DNA of 64,000 nucleotides from contig NIVC01003331.1 in the NCBI GenBank assembly GCA_002269645.1, positions 5,269 to 69,268 of the forward strand, read 5' to 3'. This document shows, piece by piece, positions 51,284 to 63,407 of the stretch (the first letter of the stretch is position 1; the number at the start of each line of letters is the position of its first letter). The position numbers and the translations under genes were made by a program. This stretch comes from Macrostomum lignano (Eukaryota). The notes beneath the pieces are model-generated. The model searched no databases, was not told where the DNA came from, and was given only the letters and a program-made list of their open reading frames with translations.

Positions 51284-51612
51284 CCCGCGGAAAGTACATG
51301 TCGGTGTTCATCTGCATCTGTAAAAGCGACAACGACTCGCTGCTTCAGTGGCCATTCAGCCATCGAATCAACTTCGAATTACTCGACCAGCGAGATCAAA
51401 CCGAAGCCAGGCGCAACATTTCCTACTCGTTCAAACCGAATCTGTGCTCCGAGAATCGGCCATTCCTTGACAGGCCGATTGGCGAACGAAATCCCAGCTT
51501 CGGATGCGTTCGCTTCGCCGACTTGGACTGCATCGCCGCCAAGCAGTTTGTACGAGACGACTCAATCTTCATCAAAGTGACGGTCGATTGCGAGAATATC
51601 AAACCGTTTTGA
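51284..51612 (+). CDS. TRAF4: TRAF terminal exon: rest of MATH domain
   Basis: G|CC RGKYMSVFICI...LLQWPFSHRINFELLDQ...FVRDDSIFIKVTVD. Spliced CDS is 1506 nt (501 aa + stop). Confidence 0.93.
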
Positions 51613-52019
51613 AACGTTGAAGAAAGCTCGGTAAACGAAAAGCACCGATATATAAAACTTGAGATGCTTTAGACCAGGCTAGCTGTAGATAGCCAGTGTT
51701 TTGCATTGCGGGGCGCTTTGGCACCTGGTTTAACAAAAAATGGTGAATAAATAATAAGTGCTTCATATTAAAGTATAAGCTGTTGAAAACCGCGGATTTT
51801 AAACCCGCAGAATTCCGATCCCCGGACCTATTTTTGCAAAAATTCTTTATTTTGAAGTCATACTAATACTCAAACAAAAACTTGTCAATATTTAAGATAT
51901 AGAGGTTTGAAAAATGGAGTAAATTCGTGTTAAATTAAGATTTGAGCCAAGCATTGATCTGGTCAGCTGGGGTGCCGCCACGCAGAATGAATCTCTCTAA
52001 ATGTCTGTCTTAAGCATGT

Positions 52020-52235
52020 GGGCTTCTTTGAAACTTCTCTCCTTTCTCCTCTTTCCTCTCGGATTTTCTTTTCTCATCTTATTTATCCTCTTGTATTCTC
52101 TCTCTCTTCTCTCCTCTTTTATCAATTTTCTTTTTATCTCATCTCTTTTCTCTCATCTCTGCTCTCTCTTCTCTTCTCCCTCGTCTCTTCTCTCTTCTCT
52201 CTACCCTCTCTCCTCTCTTCTCCTCTCTCGTCTCT
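52020..52235. repeat. CT-rich low-complexity tract
   Basis: Direct read of the sequence. Confidence 0.85.
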
Positions 52236-54220
52236 TTACAGTATAACAATATATGCTGCAAAAAGGGTATATTTAGATAGGTGAAAAATTGGTTGCTAAA
52301 TTAATACTTCTTAGATTTAGATTTATAGAAACTTATAGGCTTGTTGATCAGCCTGGTTACATGTTAATACTTTCTATAGAAGCTGTAACGCCCCCAAAAC
52401 CGACACTATAATACTTACCAAGCATTCGGATTGAATGGAGAGTGAGATATGAAGAATTTTTACCCATTGAGTCATAAAATTTTGTGGCGAGTTGAGCCAC
52501 GTAAAGTTTATTTGGAAGTAGCAGAGTGGAGGCGCGCGAGACAAAAGTCTAAAGTTATATAGGCCAGCGGTGTACACTGGGCAGCCAATCAACGCACAGC
52601 GACCGTGCACCTAGCGCCGGCCTCCCCGGCCGGGGTTGGGGTGGCTGCTGGAGCGCGTACGCGCGTGTGGCGTGACCGCCACAATTCTCTTTATTTTTTA
52701 TACTTTAAACTGTATTTTTTATACAAGATAACTTTTCCTGTAAATGCTACTTGTAGTAAGCGCGAGCGCACGTTTACCAAACCGTCTGTTGTGTGTCAAA
52801 TTAATTTCGTGTTGGAATGAAAATTTTTAATCCACTATAGAAGCGCTGAAATATCCCCCCCCCCTGAAAAAGTGTCAGCTATAAGATCTAGAATTGATTT
52901 TCATGTCGCACTGATTAGGCGCCAGGATTTTTCTGTTCCCATGAGGAGTCTTGAATTGCTAATTGTGCCCGAGACTTGAGATGGGCGTTAATCTGATTTG
53001 ATGCCTCTGTGGGTTAGGATTTAGGAAGTTAGCTAGCACTCAACACTCGATCATACTTGATAAAATTTCAGTTGAAGACGCCTTTTCTATAATTTTTTTT
53101 GAGATTTAAGAGCTTCGTTTTCAAATGCCTTCTCAATATCGCGTTCTCATCTTTATTAAACGTTTTATCTGCGTTGTCAACTGATTTGTTGTTTCCCTGA
53201 CCTCCTTAATGTCTTCATTATTGAAGCTTTCTCTCTAACTTTAATTTTTTTCGCCAAAATTGTTTCAATTTAGTTACTGATGCAATCAATCAGTTTTATC
53301 AATAATTACCAATTAGTACATTTTGGAGATCATAGCGATTTTCATATTTTACAGCGCAAAATTTATAGTTGCCTAAGGCAGGGCAGACCCAATGTTTCTG
53401 CATCTCCTGATGTGGCTTCGTTTATAATAACTCTATTGATATTCGAAGAGCTGTTTTAAAGAAAATTAGGATTCTATATGCTAATTTCCTCTTGTACGTA
53501 CTTCTCCTGTGTCGGAAAGTCATAAAATGGCATAACTAGCAACTAGGTAAGCTTTCTCATAAGTATGGCCTATATATACTCGTATACTTGCCTAATATAA
53601 TGAAACATTTTTATTCTAAACAAAAAGCTCTATAGGAATATCAATCGAGTTATAATGAAGTACTTTTACTTGAGCAGTCCTTGTTAATTGCATGTGAGAA
53701 CCTGTTCTTCTGTCGCAGTTAACGCCGGAAAAAGTTAAATCGTTTTGCTTTGTTTGTCTTTGCTAAGCTACAAATTAAAAATCTTCGTTTTGTCACGTAC
53801 GCGGAAGCTGTTGTTCTTGAATATTTTTTCTATAAAAAGACTTCTTTTGAAACTCTTTGCAACGCTTCAACTGTCTCTTTGCCACTCTTGTGATTAATTT
53901 GCTTTCACTGGATTATAATTGCTGCCTTCTAGTATATTTTTCTGTATTTTTAAACAATTAAAGCCAAATATACTAATAAAACAGAATATAACAATACTAA
54001 TATATATTTGTCTACGTTAATCGGATAAACAGTTTACATCAAAACGGCTCGCGTGTATTTTGGGAATGAACTTGATTTTTTTACAATATAGCTTATTTTG
54101 AGATATATATATATTTATTCGTATTTAATAGGCAAACTTTTTATAGACAAATAAGACTCATTGTTTATAGAACATGCAGTTACAAAATACAAAGCATGGT
54201 ACTGTATTTGTAAAAATATC

Positions 54221-55330
54221 CTAATCCCTCTTCCGATGTGTTTAAATGAACTGTTAATCCTTCTTCCGGTGTGTTTAAATGAACTGCTAATCCTTCTTCC
54301 GGTGTGTTTAAATGAACTGCTAATCCTTCTTCCGGTGTGTTTAAATGAACTACTAATCCTTCTTCCGGTGTGTTTAAATGAACTGCTAATCCTTCTTCCG
54401 GTGTGTTTAAATGAACTTTTAATCCTTCTTCCGGTGTGTTTAAATAAACTGTTAATCCTTCTTCCGGTGTGTTTAAATGAACTACTAATCGTTCTTCCGG
54501 TGTGTTTAAATGAACTGCTAATCCTTCTTCCGGTGTGTTTAAATGAAATGCTAATCGTTTTCCGGTGTGTTTAAATGAACTGCTAATCCTTCTTCCGGTG
54601 TGTTTAAATGAACTGCTAATCCCTCTTCCGGTGCGTTTAAATAAACTGTTAATCCTTCTTCCGGTGTGTTTAAATGAAATGCTAATCGTTTTCCGGTGTG
54701 TTTAAATGAATTGCTAATCCTTCTTCCGGTGTGTTTAAATGAACTGCTAATCCTTCTTCCGGTGTGTTTAAATAAACTGTTAATCCTTCTTCCGGTGTGT
54801 TTAAATGAACTGTTAATCCTTCTTCCGGTGTGTTTAAATAAACTGTTAATCCCTCTTCCGGTGCGTTTAAATAAACTGTTAATCCTTCTTCCGGTGTGTT
54901 TAAATGAAATGCTAATCGTTTTCCGGTGTGTTTAAATGAATTGCTAATCCTTCTTCCGGTGTGTTTAAATGAACTGCTAATCCTTCTTCCGGTGTGTTTA
55001 AATAAACTGTTAATCCTTCTTCCGGTGTGTTTAAATGAACTGTTAATCCTTCTTCCGGTGTGTTTAAATAAACTGTTAATCCTTCTTCCGGTGTGTTTAA
55101 ATAAACTGTTAATTCTTCTTCCGGTGTGTTTAAATAAACTGTTAATCCTTCTTCCGGTGTGTTTAAATAAACTGTTAATTCTTCTTCCGGTGTGTTTAAA
55201 TAAACTGTTAATCCTTCTTCCGGTGTGTTTAAATGAAATGCTAATCGTTTTCCGGTGTGTTTAAATGAACTGCTAATCCTTCTTCCGGTGTGTTTAAATG
55301 AACTGCTAATCCCTCTTCCGGTGCGTTTCA
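54221..55330. repeat. 33-bp minisatellite CTAATCCTTCTTCCGGTGTGTTTAAATGAACTG, about 34 copies
   Basis: Translates as an 11-aa period; a recurrent 32-bp variant breaks the frames. Confidence 0.97.
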
Positions 55331-55429
55331 ATAGGCTGCTATCAAAGTACGCGTACTGTAAGTAAATTTCAAAGCAGGTTACGCAATTCTTGGTCAGCAA
55401 AACGTTCTTCAACTATTCAACGTACATCG

Positions 55430-56050
55430 CTACACATAGTCTCGTCTACAAGGCGCTTCAGCTCCCATTCGCTGTCCAGCTGACCCACTAGATCCGCTAT
55501 TGATCAGAGCAGCAAACCGAGACGACGCAGTAGCTGTTTGCAGAGCTCCGTTGTCGCCATCAACAAACTCGTCGCATTCTTCGTCGTCGTCTAGCTCGAC
55601 TACCGTGGGTACTAACAGCACTCGAGTTTCATCCACGGTTCGAGGCGTTACAGGTAGGGAGCTCGCGTTGCTGTGGTTACTAATCACAGTCGATGAGGTC
55701 ATCGGTTGAAGCCTGAGGCTGCCGCTGTCGCCCTGCTGCTGAAACATTGTCGGTGAGGACAACAGTGCAGCCTGACGCTGATATCGACAGTGCGTTGAAT
55801 AGTGGCTGACGGATGTGGTAGCGGCGTCACCGATTCCGCTGCTACATGTACATCCGGGTTCATCGTAGTCGCTCCAGGACGACAGTTCGGAGGCAAAGTA
55901 AAACTCAGCGCCGCAGCAGGTGAACCGACTTGTGTCCCGGAGGCAGCAGTAGAGAGCCGCTGCCACCAGTACGCCCGCGCTGATAGCCGAGGTGACGAGT
56001 GCCAAACAGACTGGCCAAGTTGCGGACGCCAAGGTTGCGGTTGGAGACAT
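55430..56050 (-). CDS. Putative single-pass membrane protein (206 aa) with Cys-rich juxtamembrane segment; may be a terminal exon
   Basis: WPVCLALVTSAISAGVLVAAALYCCLR is TM-like. Ser-rich and acidic tail. GC-rich island in AT-rich flanks. Confidence 0.55.
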   Translation of the reverse strand: MSPTATLASATWPVCLALVTSAISAGVLVAAALYCCLRDTSRFTCCGAEFYFASELSSWSDYDEPGCTCSSGIGDAATTSVSHYSTHCRYQRQAALLSSPTMFQQQGDSGSLRLQPMTSSTVISNHSNASSLPVTPRTVDETRVLLVPTVVELDDDEECDEFVDGDNGALQTATASSRFAALINSGSSGSAGQRMGAEAPCRRDYV

Positions 56051-56414
56051 GGCTCTGGCTGATATTGCAGGCGCTAAGGTTCAATTTGAAAGTGGCTGGA
56101 TGAGTTCTCTAGGCGGAGATGCTAAATACTCGTATCATGATGGGACGGCAAATTTGACCAATCCTGTTGGCCCGTTCGGGATACAGTAGGGATGAGGTGG
56201 ATTGCCGGGGAAGTGAAGATCAGTTAAGAAGGAATCGCGGTGGGGGAAGGAGAGAAACTGAAAATTTCTGATTTCCAGGTGGGTAAAACGTGTTATATTG
56301 CAGATTAAAGTGCAGATTTATGAGTTTGGGCGTAGCTAGTTGCAAATTTTTATCAAAGTAAAGCTTGGAAACGAATGAAGACCGCTAATGCAATAAGTCA
56401 CGATGCTTTGAAAT

Positions 56415-56523
56415 GCATAGACAGACAGACAGACAGACACTAAAACAGGCAGGAAGGCAGACAGACAGAGACACTAAGACAGACAGGCAGAACGAAAATA
56501 GACTGACACTAAAACAAGCAGGC

Positions 56524-56560
<37 letters not shown>

Positions 56561-56690
56561 CTAAGACAGACAGACAGACAGACAGACACTAAGACAGACA
56601 GACACTAAGACACAGACACTAAGATATACAGGCAGAACGAAGATAGACTGACACTATAACAGGCAGGTAGACAGATAGACGACAGGCAAA
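56415..56690. repeat. Degenerate (GACA)n microsatellite
   Basis: Direct read of the sequence. Confidence 0.85.
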
Positions 56691-57299
56691 ATGAGACATT
56701 TTCGCCGTTGTTGTTACATCTAAACTATAGTTCAAATATCAGAATGCTATGGTTTCCTCCGTGGTTATAGCACGCAACGACAAGTACAACACCAGATAGT
56801 GTGACGATAAATCCAGGCAACTCAGAAAACAAATTTCCTGCCTTGAAAGTGATGTGGCTTTTTTCATTGCGTACCAGCTTCGCGCTGATGTAGAGTAACT
56901 AGAGTAACTAGCCAGGTGCTTCATCTACTCATTCATATTCATTGCAACTTGCTTTTGCAATCGATAATATACGGTTTATTTGTAGGTAGCAATGCATTGC
57001 AATCTCTCTCTCTTTATGTCGGTTCTGTTGACAATGCTCTCTCTGTATTAACTATATTTGCTCCTAATTCAACTGCAGGACCGATTTCTCGTTGAGTGAA
57101 GTCTCGCTTAGTCAATAACTATACACAGTATAAATACGTTCATCCCTACATCTGAGTAGTTGAATCGCAAAATGTGATACAATAGGCGCTAAAGTATCAC
57201 CATTGAGTCAATTGCTTCAAGTATATTAATAAACTATGGAGTGTTACTTAGGTAGACCAGGTCAGCAATACCTTTCTAAAGCTTTTCATCAGCACCAGA

Positions 57300-57530
57300 G
57301 TCAGTGGTCTGGCGCCGCGCTCTTATGTGCCAGGCTCGATTCCAAGTGCAGTCACATTAATTTGAGGCAAAATTTGAATCTCGGCTTGGCTCTGCTCGTG
57401 CAATTAGCGACCCTAACAATAATTATTGAAGTTAGGGCAGATGTACTGTCCTGTGTGAGTGTGTGCCTGTGCGTATGACTGCGTACGTATCCGCGTACGT
57501 ATCCGTGTGCCTGCTCACTGTGTAGCACCA
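57300..57530 (+). mobile_element. Dispersed SINE-like repeat, copy 4 (internally truncated)
   Basis: A-box-like GTCAGTGGTCTGGCGC and B-box-like GGCTCGATTCC, then the shared body. Confidence 0.7.
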
Positions 57531-58295
57531 CAGTCAGGATAAGTAGAATTACTAAGGCAGGAAGATCTTACTTGTCACCCATTCCATGGTCAGTTGCGGC
57601 TTTACAAAATTCGCTGCTAATGAGAGACTGAGAAAGAGAACTCCAGGCACGAAGGATATAAAAGCTTCCTTATGACGAGGAACTGAGAAGGGTTAAGCGC
57701 ACGGAAATATGAGGTTAGGCAGGCTGGTTTGAATCCGGGCAGACGCCTTTATAGAAGGAAGTGACTGAAGTCTCTCAGCTTCAGACCGTCCAACCTCTTA
57801 TTTCTTTTCTACCTACCTTCTTTTTTCGTTTAACTCAATTACCTGCCCGACCCGTTAACTAAGGAAGTTAATGCGACCGCTTCGAAGGACCTTCCTTAGC
57901 TTTGAGCAACCTCGTCTCCCTTTCTATAATCTAGTGTCTCATTTTAGAGACAAGCCTGACTGACTTTGTGACACATTTCGCGGGCTCGAAATGGCTTAAT
58001 CACGACAAACTGAGTGCATTTTTGGGGTCAAATTAGTCCATTTGGCATGCAACTTTACCTTTTTTTCAAGTTACACAGCCTAACTTAATTATAATTGAGA
58101 GCTTAATTACCCTAAATAAGGCACGCAAAGTCAGTTGAGCGTCAAATGATAAATGTAATTTCGTCAGCTAACTGGTTTTATTTTTGAGTAGCGAGACTCG
58201 CTTCAGTTCAACCACCACAAAAAAATGTAATCAGTTTTCTTGACCAGAGTGCTTTGAGTGCTTTGAATAAAGTTTTCAGTTTCAGAGCGCAAATG

Positions 58296-58402
58296 CTACT
58301 TGCAGCGACCGCAAGTTTTCGCGCATAGACGGTGCAGCGTAGAGCACATTCCCGAGTGCTTGATTGCTTGACAATCGTGCGCCTTGATTTGATCGTTGCA
58401 AT
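58296..58402 (-). CDS. Basic Cys-rich multidomain gene, terminal exon: ShKT domain 3
   Basis: G|AT gives DCNDQIKAHDCQAIKHSGMCSTLHRLCAKTCGRCK*; acceptor TTTTTAG. Confidence 0.85.
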
Positions 58403-58487
58403 CTAAAAAGAGTTAGAAATTGTAGATCACTATAGTGAATTTGTTCATGCTTGTAAAAAGTAATTTGACGTCAAGGACGGTTCTTAC

Positions 58488-59702
58488 CAGAGGCGGCACT
58501 GACGCATTTCTCGCTTCGGGTGATCTTCTTAGCCACGCAGCGGCGCCGACCGGGGTAGGTGACATAATACCGAGTGCAAACAACGCGACGGCCGCACTTG
58601 CACCGAGACCGGCTAACGCTACGCTTGGGACACTTCGGCGAGCACGCGAATGTGTTCTTATGGTGGCGCACAATGCAGCGATGCTTACGACTGTTGCGCT
58701 CCGTGAATGTACTCGTCACCACGCGGTGCCAGCCGTGTCCCGGCTTGCGAACGCAATGGCCAACTTTTCGAACTATATCGAGTCCGCCGCAGCCGCGACA
58801 GCTCACCAGGCGATGTTTCTTTTTGATTCGACAGGGTCGACCGTGATGACCCCGACGACTGTGTCTAGTAACCACAATCCAGGTCAGCTTCCGTTTGCCG
58901 TGCTTGGTGCAGCGTCCAACAATCAGTCTGGAACCGATTGGGCAGCGAATGCAGCGTTTGTGACTCACTCCCTTATAAACTCGCCACAGCTTCAGTCGCC
59001 TGTCGTAGTACAGTCCACCTCGAACGATCTTACGCCAGCCAGATTTGGAGCAAGCACTAATGCGACGGCGCATTAGCCGATGACCATGACCTGCGCGTCC
59101 TGCCCGAGTGCGATGTCGGGCGCACTTGTGACAGCTGTGCGGACAAAGTTTTCTCACGCGGGAATCCTTGGCGCACTTGCCCTTACGAGCGGCTTGTTGG
59201 CACCAGCGCTTCTTGTCCTCGCAATCGTGGCAAGGAATTAAAATTCGGCGAAGTTTGTGGACACAGCGGCGGCGGCTGCGTCGGAAGTAAACAGCGATGA
59301 GAGCGCGTCGATAACACAGCGGACGTCGATCCTTGCCAAAGAATCGACGACAAACGCAGGCCCAAGACTTCTGAATGCGTCGATGCGGGCAGCCTTTTGG
59401 CTTTCGTTGACAAGCTTTTTCGAACAGCAGGCAGCCCGGGGTGGGCTTGAGTTCCGGAAGGTCGCGGTCGAGGCTGTGGTGGTTGATGCGGAGCAGGCGA
59501 CAGTGGCCGCTGCTGCGTTTATAGTCAAAGGCTCGGCAGTGAGGATTAGCCAAGCAGGAACGGCTGCAGGCCTCAAACGTGGTCAGCTTTGCAAGGGTAA
59601 GTTTATGGTTGCTACTCGTATCATTTTGACTGGCAAGCAGTGTACGATTTTGAGCCAGCAGACAGTGCTCTCCTACGTGGACGATTGTCGATTTGCTGCA
59701 GC
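58488..59702 (-). CDS. Exon: PAN/Apple domain, ShKT domain 2, basic Cys repeats
   Basis: TFEACSRSCLANPHCRAFDYKRSSGHCRL; CEDKKRWCQQAARKGKCAKDSRVRKLCPHSCHKC; acceptor AAACAG|GC, donor G|GTAAGA. Confidence 0.85.
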
Positions 59703-59784
59703 CTGTTTGATGGTAAATTAAATAGAGTCATAACTTAGTTATAAAAATGGAAAATCGAAGACAGTTCCACTATCCTAAGCTTAC

Positions 59785-60214
59785 ATTTTCCACATGTTGC
59801 AGCGCACAGCCGATCAGCCAAGTGGGGTGTCGACGGCAAATCTTAATTTTACGAGATGCGGCCCACTTCTTGCACACCTTGCTAGGAAGCTTGTCAGTGC
59901 AGGCGGCTTTGCAGGCTATCAAACGTCGGTAAAGTTTTGCTTTGCAGCGACATTTCTTCGGCGTGAAGACTTTAACGATGACAGTTCGTTTGCCTGAGTG
60001 ACATTTTCGTCCCATGCGGATCACTGGTCGACGGCAGCGGACTCGGTGGCGGCGAGTTTTTCGTACGATTTTGCATGTCGCAGATCCATTGCGAGAATGC
60101 GCCAGACGGTGATGATAAAGCGTAACCGAAAGTTGGCGGTTGGCATGGCAACGTGTCACTCGACGAACGCGTTTTGTACATGCACAGAGGCGGACGTGGG
60201 AGCGGCGGATCCGT
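59785..60214 (-). CDS. Exon: basic Cys repeats + ShKT domain 1 (one frameshift near 59818)
   Basis: CTDKLPSKVCKKWAASRKIKICRRHPT/LADRLCAATCGKC; donor T|GTAAGC. Confidence 0.75.
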
Positions 60215-60292
60215 CTGCAAAAAGACGTAAAGATAAACAGAAAGATAAAAGACAAGATAAACAAATCAAGATCAAAAAACGCTTCAACTTGC

Positions 60293-60847
60293 CTGCACTT
60301 GCAGCCAGCCCTGCGCTGCCACGTGACAGTTTCAATAGCGAATTTCCGACCGTCCTTCGCTGCAGCAGCGGCCGCCTTTGCCGCTTTGCCGCGACCGCAG
60401 CGACCCTTAACTCGAACGCGACGATGGCTGCAGGTGACTCGCTCTCGGCGACGTGTGCGACTGCGCAGTTTACAGCTGTTGCCGCGCGGATGCAGCCAAC
60501 TCTCGATTGTAACTATCACTCCACGTCGCGACAGACAGCGCTGAACTTTGCGTCTCTTCGACGAGCATCGGCAAAGGCGCAAACCACTTTTACGTGTTCG
60601 TCGAATGCAACGACAGCCACGTCGATGCCAGGTCTGCGTGACTACGCGTCGATAAAAGCCGTTTTTGTGGCGTCGGCAGTGGCCGGTAGCTTACGACGAT
60701 CGTGCGACATCGGATGGGTGCTCCGTCTTGCGCGAGACAGGGCGACAAGCGCCGTGAACCAGGGGTAGTGCGTTTTAACTCGAACTATAGCGTGTCGGCG
60801 CTTGTTGCAGAAACTGTGCTTACGACTTTTTCGCTTGCAGCTTGGAC
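60293..60847 (-). CDS. Exon: basic Cys repeats (about 3 frameshifts)
   Basis: Acceptor CAACAG|GT in frame with the previous exon; ends at a GC donor AG|GCAAGT. Confidence 0.7.
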
Positions 60848-61268
60848 CTGTTGAAAATGTTCCGAAAATGTTTTAATAGAGCGACTTTTGTAATGCCATA
60901 ATAGCGCTCTAGTAGGCCAGAAGGTCCCTAGCTTAGTAGGCTAGTAAATTCACTGCTAGAGAGGCAAGTTAAGCAGAGTTTTTCGCGGTTAGTGCGCAAC
61001 CTAATAGGCTACGTCGTATAGTGTCACCCCTCAAAATAGCCACAGTAAGAAAAGACAAAAAATGAAGTTGAGCTTCACTTTACCTAACTCTGATATGATA
61101 GATGGCCCTGAGCTGTGGTGAAAATTCTGGACGGAAGTTATGGGCACCTAGCTGTACACAGCCTTTGGATGCGCCGCGCCTGCTTTTTGCATACGTGGCT
61201 GGTTTTCAACGAGCAAGACGCATTTTTGTATTCTAAGCACGCATGCAAATACTCTTACGAATACTTAC

Positions 61269-62018
61269 AGCAGACTTGAGTTAAAGTCTTGACTCTTTTC
61301 CTGCAGCGACATTTATGAACGCTGTATGTGACTACACTGTTTCGGCGACGGCAGCTATGTCGATGGCACCGGCCTCGAACCCGGACAACTCTTTTCTTGT
61401 GTCGACAAACGACTCGACGCTTTGAACAATGTCTCCGCTTTTTGCAACCGCGACGATGCAGTTTGTACTCAATACGGCAGGTAACGCGGTACCAATGACG
61501 CGTCGATTGCGTCGACATTTTTGCTGACGTTTAGTCGATGGACAACGCAGCGAACAGCGCGTAGGTGGCGCCGTTTTGTGTGGCATCGACAAGATTTCTT
61601 AGTGACGTAGCGATGTACCAAAACGTCGCGACGCCAGCCTTTAGCATCGCAAGAGCCGCGACGTCGCAGTTTGACTGGACGGCAGCGAGCGTGTAGCGAG
61701 GCTGAGGTGTCGATTTTATGAACTCGCCTATGACAGACGCCTCGACGCCCGTCGAACTTGTATCGGACAATGATTCGAAGTCGGCGACCGTTTCTGCACA
61801 CCAGGCGATTCGAATTTTGACCTCTACAGCAGCAGGTGCGAGATTTTGTCCGGCGGCGTCGGACGCACTTTCCGCTGCGCTTGTCGCGATGCCACGTGAC
61901 TTCGGTAAGCAGACGACGGCACGTGTCGCGCTTGCACTTGCCAATATGACGTTTAGGCCGTCGTCGACAATGCTTGCGACAGGCGTGCTCAAAGATTCGC
62001 GAAGCGATGAACTTGTAT
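61269..62018 (-). CDS. Exon: basic Cys repeats (2 frameshifts)
   Basis: AA|A YKFIASRIFEHACRKHCRRR...; donor T|GTAAGT. Confidence 0.75.
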
Positions 62019-62284
62019 CTGAAAAATCAATGGTGCTTACTATTGGCTACTTAACTATACTTACTACTGACTGCGCGGATCGTAAATAATTAATCGTTCG
62101 TTACTACTACGAGCACTGGAACTTGGTCCAGGAACTTTACCTGACCTTAACCAGCCTCTGAATGCTTTTTGTCTTATTAAGAACAATACTAAGTACCAAG
62201 ATGTTTGTGCTTGTACTTTTGAAATTTATATGCGTTTATACTACTTATATGTCCGGATAGTCAGGAGTTATTGCCTAGACTTAC

Positions 62285-63321
62285 TTTTGTGTCTTCTTCA
62301 TCCTCAGATAATGCACCCGTCTTGGCCTGCTAGCCAACCATTTAACATAGCGACCCGATTTAGGCAGCGAACCGAATCCGATGACGAACAATCGAGCCAT
62401 GTGTTTGATCTTATCCGCGAGTAAAATCGAGCGCCTGCTCTTTGTATGTCTTCCTCTGGTCACTACGAGCACGATTCGCTTGACTTTATTCGAATATTGA
62501 CGCCTGCTGCGAACCAGGTGAGCCTTAATAGCTTTCAGAGCGCCGAAAAGATTTGTCTTACTGTTGGTGAAATCGTTGAACAATGCAGAAGCATCATTCT
62601 CGCTGGACTCGATATGATGCTTGCGCACAGTTGAGCTGTATGTGAACAACACCGTGCGAACCTTCGCTGAGCCGGATTCGAATTGGCGCAGGACTACTTC
62701 AAGAAAATCGGAGACGTGCGATCGATAGTTTGGACTGCCTTCCTTCACCGAAGAATGAAGATCCACAGCGACAACCAGCTCGACTATCTTGTTACCGACA
62801 ACCGCATCGGCGGTGATAGGAGCGTTTCACTCGAACGCATCGACAGCCGCTTAGTCCAAAAGTGCTGGACGTAGGCCTGTCGACCGTTACGGCAGCGTCC
62901 GCGAACAACGTGGCGACGCTTTTTGGGACATTGTACTGGTCGGAAGGCATTGGAAACGATAGCGTGGCATCGACCATCGCGCAACTGGTAGCGCACAGTT
63001 CGATGGCGTATGGAACCGCGGACGCATTTGCGAATTTTCTTTGGCCCAGGACAGCAGCACTTTCGGCCAGTTCGATGCACTTTGTTTTTTGCGACGCATC
63101 GGCAACCTTGAACACGGTATTGCTTAGTGGCTATTGCAATGGCACACTTTTTGCTACGGTGACAGATTGTCCGACGTCGAGAACGCGGACAGCGTACACG
63201 GTGTCGTTTGACGACCACACGACGGATGCATCGACAATTAGAAAGGTGCCAGCAAATTCTTGAACTGACGAGTACTCTACCAGCGGAGCTGCAGCGACGC
63301 TTTTTGATGCATGGTCGGCAC
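62285..63321 (-). CDS. Exon: basic Cys repeats + von Willebrand factor A domain with degenerate MIDAS (2 frameshifts)
   Basis: VELVVAVDLHSSV...VRTVLFTYSS...TNLFGALKAI...RIVLVVTRG...LFVIGFG; donor AA|GTAAGT. Confidence 0.8.
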
Positions 63322-63407
63322 CTGGGGTGAGTAAATAGTAGATTAGAAACAAAAATTAATAATATTTTAATGGAAGCCCAGACCTCGAAATAAAGGTAGC
63401 AGCTAAC

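Noticed and set aside
54161-55412. LLILLPVCLNE repeat ORFs resembling LRR or TM proteins
   Set aside because: They derive from a 33-bp minisatellite, are broken by 32-bp variants, and lack the LRR LxxLxLxxNxL consensus.
58435-63263. Long A/T/S-rich plus-strand ORFs (e.g. 58435-59076, 59257-59721, 59998-60768)
   Set aside because: They are antisense shadows of the Cys-rich minus-strand gene, whose domains and splice sites are coherent.
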